DNA from: Camelus dromedarius
Lineage: Eukaryota
Reading direction: 5' to 3'
Assembly (NCBI RefSeq): GCF_036321535.1
Contig: NC_087437.1
Span: 66,714,001-66,778,000 of the forward strand
DNA: 64,000 bases
The translations under genes and the position numbers were made by a program. The notes under the pieces are model-generated. The model saw nothing but the letters and a program-made list of their open reading frames with translations. It was not told the origin of the DNA and did no database searches. This document shows positions 26,901 to 38,600 of this stretch, one piece after another. How positions within the stretch are numbered: position 1 is the stretch's first letter; each line of letters opens with the position of its first letter.

Positions 26901-29899
26901 CCATATAATTAGCTGCTTCATGTTCAAGTGTGGTGAAGGGTTCAAAATGCATCTCCCTCTCTCCCTCACCGCCTCAGATTCCAGGAGAGGATGAATAAAT
27001 GGTATCCCCTAGGAAAATATGTCTAATATGGCACTTCCTTACATTCTATAACGTCTTGAAAACTTATTCTCTGTAGCCAAAAAAACTGAAGGTCAGAGAA
27101 ACTAGGTTTCTTGACCACAGCTTCAGAATCTCAAACTACTTCTTAATAGCATAGATTTGTGGAGCACCTTAACGTGTACAGCACTGTTAGACCCTAAAGG
27201 GTTGCAAATAGTATAGGATACATCTCGTTGTAAGGGGAATTTGTAGCAGTTGAAGTGGATTAGACATTGGAAAAAATCAGTGGGTGATGTTATACTGTGC
27301 AGTATAGGTGTATATATAGCTATATATAGGTATCTACAGGAAAGTGTAGGTCTATCACTATATGTGATCATACAAGAATTTATCTATTGTCTAAAATATG
27401 CATGATGACACCCTACGCTCTCTGGAAATACATGGAATTACAAGATGAGATCTGTGCCCTGGAGTTTAGAACTAGTGGGAAGAAAAATACGCTTCCCCAG
27501 AGATAATTTACAACTTAAGGCAACACTGAAATGCTACCGGTTTCAGTGGAGGCAAAGATCAACATGAACTGCAGAAAGGGATAGGATAGGTGTATTCCAG
27601 GCTGAAGAAAAGGAGATGTTGCAGTGAAGGAATATGGCGCTGGAGATGCTGAAAAGAGGGAAGCCATAATCTGCAGGTGGGAGTAGACTCTAGGTTGATA
27701 GTAGTAGAGGATTTAGGATGCATGTTGAGGAATGATGGAAGATAAAATAATGTTGATTAGTTATGAATGGGGTATGCAATTCATTTTGGGTGAGTAGGAA
27801 AGAGGAGAAAATGGATCCCTAACAATATCTTACAAGACTTCTTTAGGAATCCAAATGAAAACTTGAGTCAGTTTCTTCTACTTCCAGGAAGGTGTGCAAT
27901 ACTTCAAAATGAATAGTTCATCAAAGGCACATAATTAAGGCAGTGTACTCATAGATTAACACCACATTAACCCTCACTTTCAAAGTTAGTTCAAAATGAA
28001 TATAGTGGAGAACAATTATAAAAACTTTAATGAAAGAGTTCATTTTCCGTAATTACAGTTTTCTGTGATCTGAAGAAAATGGAATCACCTTGTGTTAAAA
28101 TGTCTTTGAAATGAAAATAAACAAAATGTAAAAATCAGTATTTTCTGCAGCTTTACAATGCTTATCTTTGCAGTAAGAGGTTGGGAGGTAAGTGAGCCCT
28201 CTACACAGGAGGAATAAGTTGAACATGAATCCAAATAGTACTTGTTTCATTTCCCTAACAGGTAAGGTGTTTTATTGCAGTGGTTCTCAATGTGAATGAG
28301 TGCCAGAATTCTCCTGGAGCTTAAGAAAACCACAGATTTCTAGGTCCTATGCCAGCCACTAATTTAAAATGCAAACACTATAGTTTAAAAGACCCTCTAT
28401 GTTCAAGCTCCTGCTTGTGTCTTCAAATTCATTTCATGCTCACCTTGATCTAGCTGTGCAGCTTTTCATTATGTTTCTTACACATGCTAAGCTCTAATCC
28501 ACCTCAGAATCTCTGAATATGTTTTGTTTTCTATCTGGATTGTATTTCTCTCCCCTCTTGGCACCTGTTTTCTTACCAACATTCAGGTTTCTGCTGAGAT
28601 GTCATTTCCTTAGATTCCCTTCAAAATAGCACCCTTATTTTCTACCTTCCCCCTTATTTGTCTCCTTCATAATACTTATAATCTATGATCATTTGATTGA
28701 TATTAAATAAATATTTCTCTCATTAGAATACAAGCTCCAGGAGGGCAGGGACATATCTTATTCACCAACACAGTGCCTGGTACACAGTAGACACCAAATA
28801 CGTAATTGCTGAATGAAAGATGAATGCTGGTGAGCCAAAAGAAAAGCTGCAGAGTTTCAGTATAGCAAGCTAGGAAGTAGTTAACAGAGTAAACATGAAA
28901 ATAAATGTACCATAAGCCTACAAGTGTATACAATGAAAATATGTAATGATTTATGTTGCATGAATGAAAGTTCTGTGGTACATTAGGACAGTAAGAATAC
29001 TTGGGGCTATTACTAACTTTAGTGGTTATGACTTTGGTCATTCTGGCTCTAAATTCTGGTTCTGTCATTTATTAAGTGGGTTCTATTGGCTGGGTTTCAA
29101 CAAGTTATTTAATTTCTTTTACCTTCAGTTTTCTCTGTGAAACAGGAATAATATCAAAATGTTATGAGATTTAAATGAAATTATATAAAGCTACTAGTCT
29201 AGTGTCTGGCACCAAAACAAAACAGAAAATCCCAACCAAATCAAAACAACAACAAAAATCCCTCTCAATAAAGATTAATCATATACTGAATACAAAGGGC
29301 ATTCTCTTAATGTGCTTAAAATCCCGAGTGAGAGATCTCACACAAGTGTGCCTTTTGACACACTTACTCTTCCTCTAACACCTATTGACAGTTTTTGAAT
29401 TCACTATGATGTTGCCCACCTTTTTTTTTTCTTCTTACCTTTTTATCTGCCACTTCTTTACTAGAAAACCATTCTCCCACGAACTGCCTATTCATTCTTG
29501 CAGTCTTGAATAACCCCAAGCTCTCTGTGAAGATTTTCTTGATATTGACACCACAACCATCCCACAGAGTTTATCACCCTGTCTTGCATGCTATCTCCGG
29601 ACCTTGGGCATACTTCTAACGTTGCATTTGCTGTAATAAATTGTAATTACTGCGTTTTCCTGGTGTTTTGTCTCTTCCACTAGACAGTGAGCTCTTTGAG
29701 GTATTCAGTTTCCTTAACTCCAGCATCTATCTAGTCCTTTTCTTAACATACAATAAGCGCACGATTGGTTGCTGAAGCACGAATTCGCGTCTTGGGTTCC
29801 TGAGCAGTGACTTGATCTTAGCTGACGTCTCTCAACCTCCCCCATCTGTATATGGGGGCGACAACTAGAACACGAGTGTCACTTGGAGTCCAAGAGATA

Positions 29900-30530
29900 T
29901 CAGGAAGGACTCCTAGCATGGGGACCGCACATCGTAGGGTTGGCGACTGATGCCCAAGAAGGAAATACGTTGGCCAGGGTTGGCGGGGAAGTCGGGACCA
30001 CGAGCCCAGAAGAGAAAGCGAGTTCCACTGCGCAGGTGCGCGCGGGAGGGGGTGGGGTGCTCATTCCCCAGGCTGCTGTGTAGTTCCGGGAGCCAGCTCG
30101 CGGCCGGGGCGGCGGGCCGTCGCGGAGCTGACGTCATCGCCGTGCGCTGCCACGTCTGCTCAGCTACGCGGTAATGGAGGCTAAGGATGAGTGCTGACGG
30201 GGCCGGGCTCTGCCTCTAGCTGTAGCTCTGGCTCTGACTCTGGCACTGACTTCGGGTCTGGGTCAACAGCCCGAAGCCTGGAAAGCTTTTCTCTACTCTC
30301 CTGGAGAGGACGGCCTGCGGACAAGCAGCTGTTTTGGAGCACCTCAGCTTGGGGAGGGAGTTCTCTTTCCTGGGGTCCAGCCTGTAAAGCCGCCGCCTCC
30401 TTCCAGGGATCCCGCCCCGCCGGCCGGGCCTCCTCCATGCGTGAGTATTACCGAGCTGCAGCGCTGTCCGATTGTCGTGGAACTGTTTCGGCCCTCCGGT
30501 ATGTGCGGCGAGGACCGCTTTGCCGTCTCC
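29900..30530 (+). promoter_or_regulatory. TMEM39A CpG island / promoter
   Basis: CpG-rich; NRF1-like TGCGCAGGTGCG 30029-30040; GC box GGGGCGG near 30106; TGACGTCA 30129-30136; TGCCACGTC 30148-30156. Confidence 0.8.
30160..30440 (+). other. TMEM39A: TMEM39A non-coding exon 1 (5' end approximate)
   Basis: Strong donor ATGC|GTGAGT at 30440/30441 inside the CpG island; TSS not determinable from sequence. Confidence 0.65.
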
Positions 30531-31696
30531 TCTTAGGGGTTAGTCTTTTGAAGTTTGTGGTCTCTCAACGCCCACCTTCCACTACCCCATCCTCTCACCT
30601 CTCTTTCCCAGTTTTTTTGCTCCACATTGTTTTCTTTCCCTTTGCTCGTTAATTGAGCAAGGACCAGCCGCCCCTGGATCCAACTGTTTTAATGCTTTGT
30701 CTCACCTGGCGTTTTTCAGTCTGCAGCCGAAAGCTGTTAGGAATAGGGAACATAGGATGTCTGCTGTAACGTTTTGAAAACCAGGGTTTGTCCAGGGTGT
30801 CACTCTTCAGTTTTAAGTCGTATTGTTTAGGAAACAGATTTTTGGTATCCATATTGGCGAAGCCATGATTTTGCCATAGATTGATGGAAACACAGTTTCT
30901 TTTCAGTGAGGGCCTTTATCTGTTACTTGTCTTTTAACCCTGCGGTTTTATTAATTTATCAAATGATTTTACATCAGTTTTTCTAGAGTGGGCACCCACT
31001 TGAGCTCTTTCCAATATTTTCACTCTAACATATGAAGATATTACTTGAACAGTTTTACTTTTAAGCAGTTAAAAGACCTGATGTACTTTCATCCATCTTT
31101 GTCAGTCCCAACAACCACCTCTGTAGGACAGGGAACACTTTTTTTTTTCTGACTAAGGAAACAGACTCAGAGGTTAAATGCCTCAAAGTCAGATAATATA
31201 TGACACACCTGATCTCAGAATCAAAATCCCTTGATAACATAACCTAACATTTTGGACAGTGCTCTCTTGTAATTCAAGTGGCTTACTGTGAAGTATTAAA
31301 TTTGAATTGGAAGTGTATATATTAGGTGTTTCTTGTAAATTTTACCTGATCGTAATATCTTTCATATAATACAAGTCAACTGACAAAGGACACAAATTGT
31401 GACTTCCCTAATGCTGAACAGAGCTTAGATTAGAACTTAGGCTTCTGACCCATTAGAGCCTGAGTAGTCCTTTCATTAGAATAAAATAGGCAATAGACAT
31501 TGGGAGCATTTGTTTGAAAATCTGGTTTTACAAGGTCTGCTCACTCAGTTTTTCTGGTTGTTTTGTTACATTGCTTACTTTAAAAATAGTAGACTGATAT
31601 TTAACTGTCTCTTTTTGTTCAGCTTTGAAACGGGCTGATAGCCATTAGCCTGGATTGCAACTACAGGTGGCACTGGAAGCAGACTGGTTCCCGGAC

Positions 31697-31809
31697 ATGC
31701 CCGGTGGAAGGAGGGGCCCTAGTCGGCAGCAACTAAGCCGTTCAGCCTTACCTTCTTTACAGACTTTGGTTGGTGGGGGCTGTGGCAATGGAACAGGCTT
31801 GAGAAACAG
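31697..31809 (+). CDS. TMEM39A: TMEM39A exon 2 coding part ([38 protein letters not shown]); exon begins 31623
   Basis: Acceptor TTCAG| at 31622, ATG 31697, donor CAG|GTAAAG. Confidence 0.95.
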
Positions 31810-34509
31810 GTAAAGAAGAAATAAGACTATGCATAATTTGTAATATCCTATGATCAGTAAAACTACCATAGAAGTTGTCATGCTTTTCAGATATTTGCTT
31901 ACAAAATTGTTTTTTTGACACTGAAGTAAAAATCTTGACCTGAAGACTAAAAGCTGAGTATTTCAGAATACTTTGGAGGTAGAAAGTTGTGATATGGGGC
32001 CCACAAAGTGAAAACAGGCGGATTCTTCCTTAAGGCTGATAATCCAAATTCTAGTCATCAGCTTTTTTTAGCTCTTAAATGAAGGGAAAAGTCAATTAAA
32101 GTAAAAGATAAATATGGTGGTTTAACTATATTACCATTCTTTTAGGGGGAGAACAAATTGAAACTGGCAGTTAACATGAGATTCTAAAATTATGTCATAT
32201 TCTATCAAGGTTTCAAAAATTATTTTGTTTAAAAAATTGAAATGAATGAACTATCAGTTTTAGCCCAACCATCTTAAGATTTGTTTCACGTTTTATGAGA
32301 ATAAAGAATTTGATCTTCATAATGGAAATTTATCTCTGTTCTTAATTTTCAAAAGTTAGAATTATTTCTTATCTGGGATAACTCACTTCATCAGAAGGTT
32401 TGATCATGTGGCAGTGGAAAGAGATGGCTTTTACCAGATTGTTTGGTCAAGATAATTTTTTTTTTTCCCTGCTTCCTCCCTGAATAGAGTTTTCTTTGGC
32501 CTGGATTCTAATTTTCAAAGCTAGCAGTCAGTACTGCTCCTGTCTTTTCAGGCCTTCCTGATGTTTGTATACTTTTCTCTTCCTGGCCTGCCCTCCTTTC
32601 TTTCTGACCTTCCACCCCCAAGCTCTACTCAATCTTCAAAATCAGTTCTGATCTTGTCATTTCAGTGGGTTTCTCCCTGAAATTCCAGTTTGAAGGGATT
32701 TTTTTTTCCAGTCTCTGATTCCCATTATACTGATTTTCAATCCAAATTTTATATTCACATATGTATAAGAGTATTTGTATTTTATTCTAGAGTAATATTT
32801 TTACTCTCCTGTTCTTTGGATATCCTCAGTTTAAAGATGGTGATACTTTCCGCTTCGTAGCAGAATGTTGTAAATGAATGAAGGAATAAATTGCTTTAAA
32901 CTTTACTCTGAATTTTCCAAATATTCTACAAGTAACACATATTTCTTTTTCTTTTAATAAAAAATAAAAAGAATGAGAATATGTGAAAATGCTTTTGAAG
33001 AAGGGTACTATCTAACATAGATACTGAGGTGAAGGATGTTTCCTATTTGAAGTATGTGCCTTAATTTTAGTAGTATATACTATCAGTTTAGTGTCTTAGT
33101 CCTTTCAGATTGCAACAGAAGATTGTAGCTATTCTTAGCTAGGATTCTAGCTAGCTAAAGCATTCTAACTCTGCCTCTGTATTTACTCCAGCAGTTCATT
33201 GTTTATTTTCTTTTACTTTGACTTTGAAGGTTTCTCTGGATAATTAGGTTCTTACGCTGTCCCATGGAATCCCTCTTCAGTATCTTGGGTTGCTGTAGAG
33301 CACATCGAAGGGAGAAAAAAGTCATTCAGGCCAGTAGTCTAGGCTTCAGGTTTCCCAGTCCTTTCTTAATCAGAATTTCTCTCTTGTGTGTTTTAAATAT
33401 TGGGATGCCATGTATAATGTCTTCTGGGGGAGGGAAAATGAAATGTTCTGCTATTTTAAAAGATCTGAAAACCACATTCTCAGATGGTTCTGCATGCACT
33501 TGAAGTCTGCAAATAGAATACTGGGAAGAACTAGGAACATTTGGAAAATTTCTCTGCTCTTAAGTGGGCTTAGCTATGATCATGTGATCTGCCTTCCTTG
33601 TAGCTCTTCTATCCTGGCTGTCAAGGTTCCAGTCATGGTTACCTTGGTCTACCATTCTACCAACTTTCCTCCTTTAACATATTTTTTAGCAGTTAATTGG
33701 GGTGATAGGGAGAAGAACTTATTCTTCAACAGATTAGAATAAAGTGAAAGAGCATAATTGTTCATGGTTTGAAAAGTCACTAAAACTATTATTGAGAAAT
33801 TGTCTTGTGACATTTTTATCTAGAGGGGTTATTTTGGAAGAAGATAGTTCTGTATTTGTTGATGGGGAAGAAGCATCCTAGAAAAGGTTGTTTTATAAGA
33901 CTTGGGGAAAGGATATTAAAAAATGTGGATAAAACCAGTGGTAGGTAGCCTAGAATATAGTTTTAGGAAGGATGTGTACAAAGAAAGACAGTGTTAAGAC
34001 GAAGAGAACTCATTTCTGGAGTGTCTGTAGAGAGAAGTAGGTAATTGTTCAAGTGTGGTATAATTTGGGGTGATATCCTTGATGCTGCAAGACATAGATC
34101 GGCTGAAGAAGAGAGGATTTGCCCCCGTTTGTTAGGTTTTTGTGGCCTGATTGGTAAAGCTAAACTTGAGAATGTCAAAGAGCAAGTTTGGTGACATAGT
34201 CAAGATTGAAATCCATAGTTCCCTGTCCTGCTTCCCACCTGTGGGGAGCAGGAATTTGTTCTTGGGATGTGATATGCTTAGATGATTGCCTTCTAAAGAA
34301 AAAGGATATACTGTGAATTTCTGAGTTGAGGAACAGTCTTAATTGAAAAAGACTAAGTGATTTTTTCTTTGCTTTGTTCTTGCATGTACTTAGTTAACAT
34401 CACTTGATCATGTCCAAATGATCATTGCTTTCTCTGTCCCTTTTAGTTCCTTTTTATTCCTTTAAATTTTTCTTGCTTCATCCATTTGCTTAGCTAAAAT
34501 TTGCTCCTT

Positions 34510-35090
34510 GCTGGCTCTATGAAGGCCATTCTCAAGCCTGCTATGTTAACTCTTTCTTGCACACAAACTTTATATACAAGGATAAAGCAGATGTTTGGCA
34601 TAATCCATATTGTTTGCACAGTGAGCCACTCTTATTATTTAGGGAAACTTTTGTATCAGAAGGAACTGTTTACCAGTCAAGTTCCCAGATGCCAGCCTTG
34701 CACTCAGGCCTTTCTAAGGATACTTATACTGAACACCTGCTTTCTTTTTGGGAGCCTGGAATTTTGGTAGTGCTAGGTAGAGTTGCCAGCCTCCAGTAAA
34801 AACTTTGTTTGCTCAGCCTCTAATGAACCTATGTGGTAGATAGCACTTCACACGTGTTGTCATAACTAGTTGCTGAAGAAGTTAACTGCATCCTATATGA
34901 CTCCACCTAGAAAGGACTCTTGGAAGTTTGCACCTGGTTTCCTCTGGACTTTGCCCGGTACCTTTTCCATCTGCTGATTTTGATTTGTATCCTTTTGCTG
35001 TAAAAAATTATAGTTTTGAACACGACTGTATTACAAGTCCTGAGTCCTCCTAGTGAATCATCAAGCCTACCCTTGGTCTTGGAGACCTGC
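34510..35090 (+). mobile_element. MER21-like ERV LTR remnant
   Basis: GTTCCCAGATGCCAGCC...GCTGATTTTGATTTGTATCCTTTTGCTGTAA...GAGTCCTCCTAGTGAATCATCAA typical of MER21. Confidence 0.6.
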
Positions 35091-35387
35091 AGTCCAATTT
35101 GAAAGAGTATTCAATGTTAGCACTGGAAAGAGTTCTTTAAAGAGAATCTTTTCCAACTCATATATGATAGATGAAGAAACTGTGGCTCAGGAATATAAAG
35201 TTATTTTCTCAAAGACCACAGCTGGTTGGTGGAAAATCTGGGACTAGAACCATCCCACATTGTATCTGAAACATTTGTGTCACTGCTTTTTTTGAATCTG
35301 TTTTACATTCTTTCAGAAGGGCGGTACTTTTTTTTCTTAAAATCTGTAGCTGATTTTCAAAGACGTATTGACCAAGTCATTTTATTT

Positions 35388-35419
<32 letters not shown>

Positions 35420-36639
35420 GGTTTTAAGAACTTTGATAATATCTCCCCTCAAGCTTTCAACTCATAGGAATACTTTTCTCTTTCCCACTGATGCTCTGGA
35501 TCACTTTACTTGACCTTTGTCTCTTTGTCTTCTAACTTGAAGTATACTAACCAAGGCTGTGTGGAATAGCACTAATTTAGATCTTTCATACTTCGTTTTG
35601 TGTGTCTTTATTGAAGCCCAGCATACTATTGACTCTGTTAATGGCAGAAGCACATTAGTCTGCTTTACTTGGGAAAATTCTATAAAAACCTTTCTAACCT
35701 TTAAATCATAACAAGTAATTTAGCATGCTTTCTCCCTTCATGTACTTTTAACTGAAGAGGAATAAGAATTTTTATTTGTTCTGGAATATGTTTAGTTTGT
35801 TTTAGAGTAGAGGCTCCTCACCAGAATTTTTTATTTTCATACCTTATGATTAAATGAAGTACAGGAATAGATTAGCTGCTGGCATTAATTCCTTCCATTC
35901 AAGTCCTCCAACTTGAACAATTCCAGAGAGCACCTTTCATGTTGTATTCCTTGTGAATTCCTGGGAGTTGTGCTATGCTGTGGCCCATCTTCCAGAACAT
36001 ATCAGAGAGCTGTGGTGTGTTAATGATTGGTTTACGATTGAGCAGATAAGGTTTTGAGACCTACTGGTGGATCACAACCTACTCCTTAGTAAGCTTGTTC
36101 TATTGGAGTGTATTCTGAGAATGAGGAGGGGGAAAGTTTTATAATTTTTTATGACTTTCCTCCGTCCCTGTTCTTCCCTTCTAGCTCTTCTGAGTTTTTG
36201 CCATGATATTCTTAAATGTTCAGAATGAGCAGGGTTCATATTCCCATGAGTCAGTTAAAGTACTGTAAATGTCTCATACTGATGCTAGAATTCTATATTT
36301 GGAAATTTTAGGGGAGAATGGTAACACTAATATTGTTCCTTCTCTAGAATCTTCTTTAGAAATAGCCAAGTCAGGCGTCTTTTCTTTGTTCTGTAAATAA
36401 TGGTAGACCCTTAGATCTCTAACTATTCCTGGCATATAAACAATAGGAAATTTTATTCCCTACCCCCATCTTACCATTTTAGATAGCCCAGCTATCTACC
36501 TATAAAAGAGCTTGGAAGAAAGAACAAGAAGATAGGGATTAAAATCTATATTTTAATTTGTGTTTTAAGCGCTCTCTTTTTCATGACTATATTGGTCTGT
36601 CTTTTCGACTTAAAGGTATATACATGCAGTGAACTAGAA

Positions 36640-37650
36640 AAAGTACAGTGTCTGTCCCTAAGATTATGGTCTGATAGACAAGATAGATGTATACAAAAAG
36701 TTATATAAAAAGAACTGAATAATCAAATGAAGAGTGTAATAATAAAGGCATAATTTAGGTATAATGGTGGCACAGATGAAAGATGAGTCAATGTTGATTG
36801 AGTGAGTCTGAGTAAGCTTTTAGAGGATAAAGTCTTGACAGAGTCTGTAAATGTGTATGTGAAGGGTTAAGGAAGGTGATTTTGGAGGATATTGCTGGTA
36901 AAGGAATAATGTGTACAAAGGAATAGCATGTATGTATATTCACAGATAGCAGATAGCATAGGTATTGTATAGGGTGTGTGTGGAGGAGTGATAAGAGATG
37001 AGGCTAGTCTGTTAAGCAGAGGGTCTCATAGGACAGACTAAACGTTTTTGGATGTTATCCTATTGGCAGTGGAGAGTCATGAAAGGGTTTTAGGCAGGAA
37101 AATAATACATCAGAGGTTTACTTTAGAAAGATCTTTGAAGGCAGGTTGGAGGATTTAGTGAAAGTAGAATTGAATTTAGAGGAATTACTTCAATAGTTCA
37201 GGTGAAAAATGGTAATTCTTGAACTAAGGCAGTGGGTTTAGAGAGGAGGGTTCAGTTTGGAAAAAGATTTATGAAGTGGAGTATATATGATTTAGAGAGT
37301 GATTTAGAGAAGGAAATTTCTACTATGACTTCCAGTTTTCTGATTTGGGCAGCTAACTGGGCCACGAACTAGGGTCAGTACTATAGGATGAGAAACATAG
37401 AAATGCTCAGTAGACTGCTTGATAACATGGGTCTAAAACTCAACAGTGAGCTTTATGGAGAGAAATTTTAGTTTTCAACGTGGATGATGACTTCATTATC
37501 CATTATCATGGCTTCAGATAATGGAAGCTGTGACCACATATTAGATTACTGAGAGTGTGTGGAGGGAGAAGACAAGAGCAGGTGGTCCTAGAATGGAGTC
37601 TTGGGGAAAGCCATCAGCTAAAGGGTAGGTGAAGAAGAGGGCAGGACCCC
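36640..37650. mobile_element. Degenerate L2 LINE fragment
   Basis: Purine-rich L2-type phrases (GGAGAGTCATGAAAGGGTTTTAGGCAGG, ATGACTTCCAGTTTTCTG). Confidence 0.5.
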
Positions 37651-37713
37651 TTTGATGCTCTTTGACTCTGAGAGGTATTGCCTTTTCAGTTAACCATAGT
37701 TTTCTCTTTTCAG

Positions 37714-37936
37714 GAATGGTAGTGCTATTGGCCTTCCGGTCCCACCTATCACAGCCTTAATCACCCCAGGCCCTGTTCGTCATTGCCAAATTCCTGACTT
37801 GCCTGTGGATGGGAACCTGCTCTTTGAGTTTCTCTTTTTCATCTACTTGCTGGTTGCTCTGTTCATCCAGTACATCAACATCTATAAAACAGTGTGGTGG
37901 TATCCTTATAATCATCCGGCCTCTTGTACTTCGTTG
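37714..37936 (+). CDS. TMEM39A: TMEM39A exon 3 ([74 protein letters not shown])
   Basis: TTTTCAG| acceptor, |GTAAGT donor, 223 nt. Confidence 0.96.
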
Positions 37937-38274
37937 GTAAGTCTTAATAGGCCTTTTAAGTTCTTCATGTTACTTAGTCAAGAAACTAGTTGGAGATCTT
38001 AGGTGTAGAAATTATTTTTCTTCAAATGAATTGTTTTTCTATTAAACCGCAGATTACTTTCAGAATGTAATATTATAAGATTGTTAAATATCTGACTTTA
38101 GTCTGTGACCAGAGGAAGTAAAAACATAAATGAAAATGCAGAAAACATTTACATGTTATTATAACAATATCCCAGAAGGGTTTTGGTATTTAGCTTTCCC
38201 TACACCATGTTAAATTTGTTGGAAGTTTAAGGTGCAAATATGATTGTATTCCAGAACTTTACCCTTTCAATGGC

Positions 38275-38600
38275 TGTATTAGGATAATGATAGCTTCTAT
38301 AACAAATAAACCCCAAATTGTATACTGCTTCAAACATGTAGCAGTCTGAGGCAGTTGTCCTGGTTGGCAAGTGTAGCATACTTCCATTGGCAGGGGACCC
38401 AGGCTGATGGAGACTCTGCCATCTTCCAGCACGTGACTTCCAAGGTGGCTGTGGTCCATCCCTGTTTGCCAGAAAGGGGAAGGAACATAGGGAAGTATAA
38501 AGGAGAATTTCTTATGGGTCAGGCTTACATCATTTTCATGTGTGTCCACTCCTAACTGTACGGGAGGCTGGACAATATAGTCCCTTGGCTGGATTCATTG
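38275..38600. mobile_element. MaLR (MLT1-like) LTR remnant
   Basis: TGTATTAGGATAATGATAGC...CAGGGGACCCAGGCTGATGGAGACTCTGCCATCTT...GGGAGGCTGG typical of MLT1. Confidence 0.55.

Noticed and set aside
26303..26969. Several 110-200-aa ORFs on both strands at the POGLUT1 promoter
   Set aside because: Stop-poor CpG-island sequence; only the 85-nt signal-peptide exon is supported
27311..27328. Perfect 18-bp palindrome TATATATAGCTATATATA
   Set aside because: Low-complexity (TA)n; expected by chance from microsatellite sequence
30181..30652. 153-aa plus and 85-aa minus ORFs over TMEM39A exon 1
   Set aside because: Explained by the hexamer repeat and GC content; the plus ORF crosses the 30440 donor
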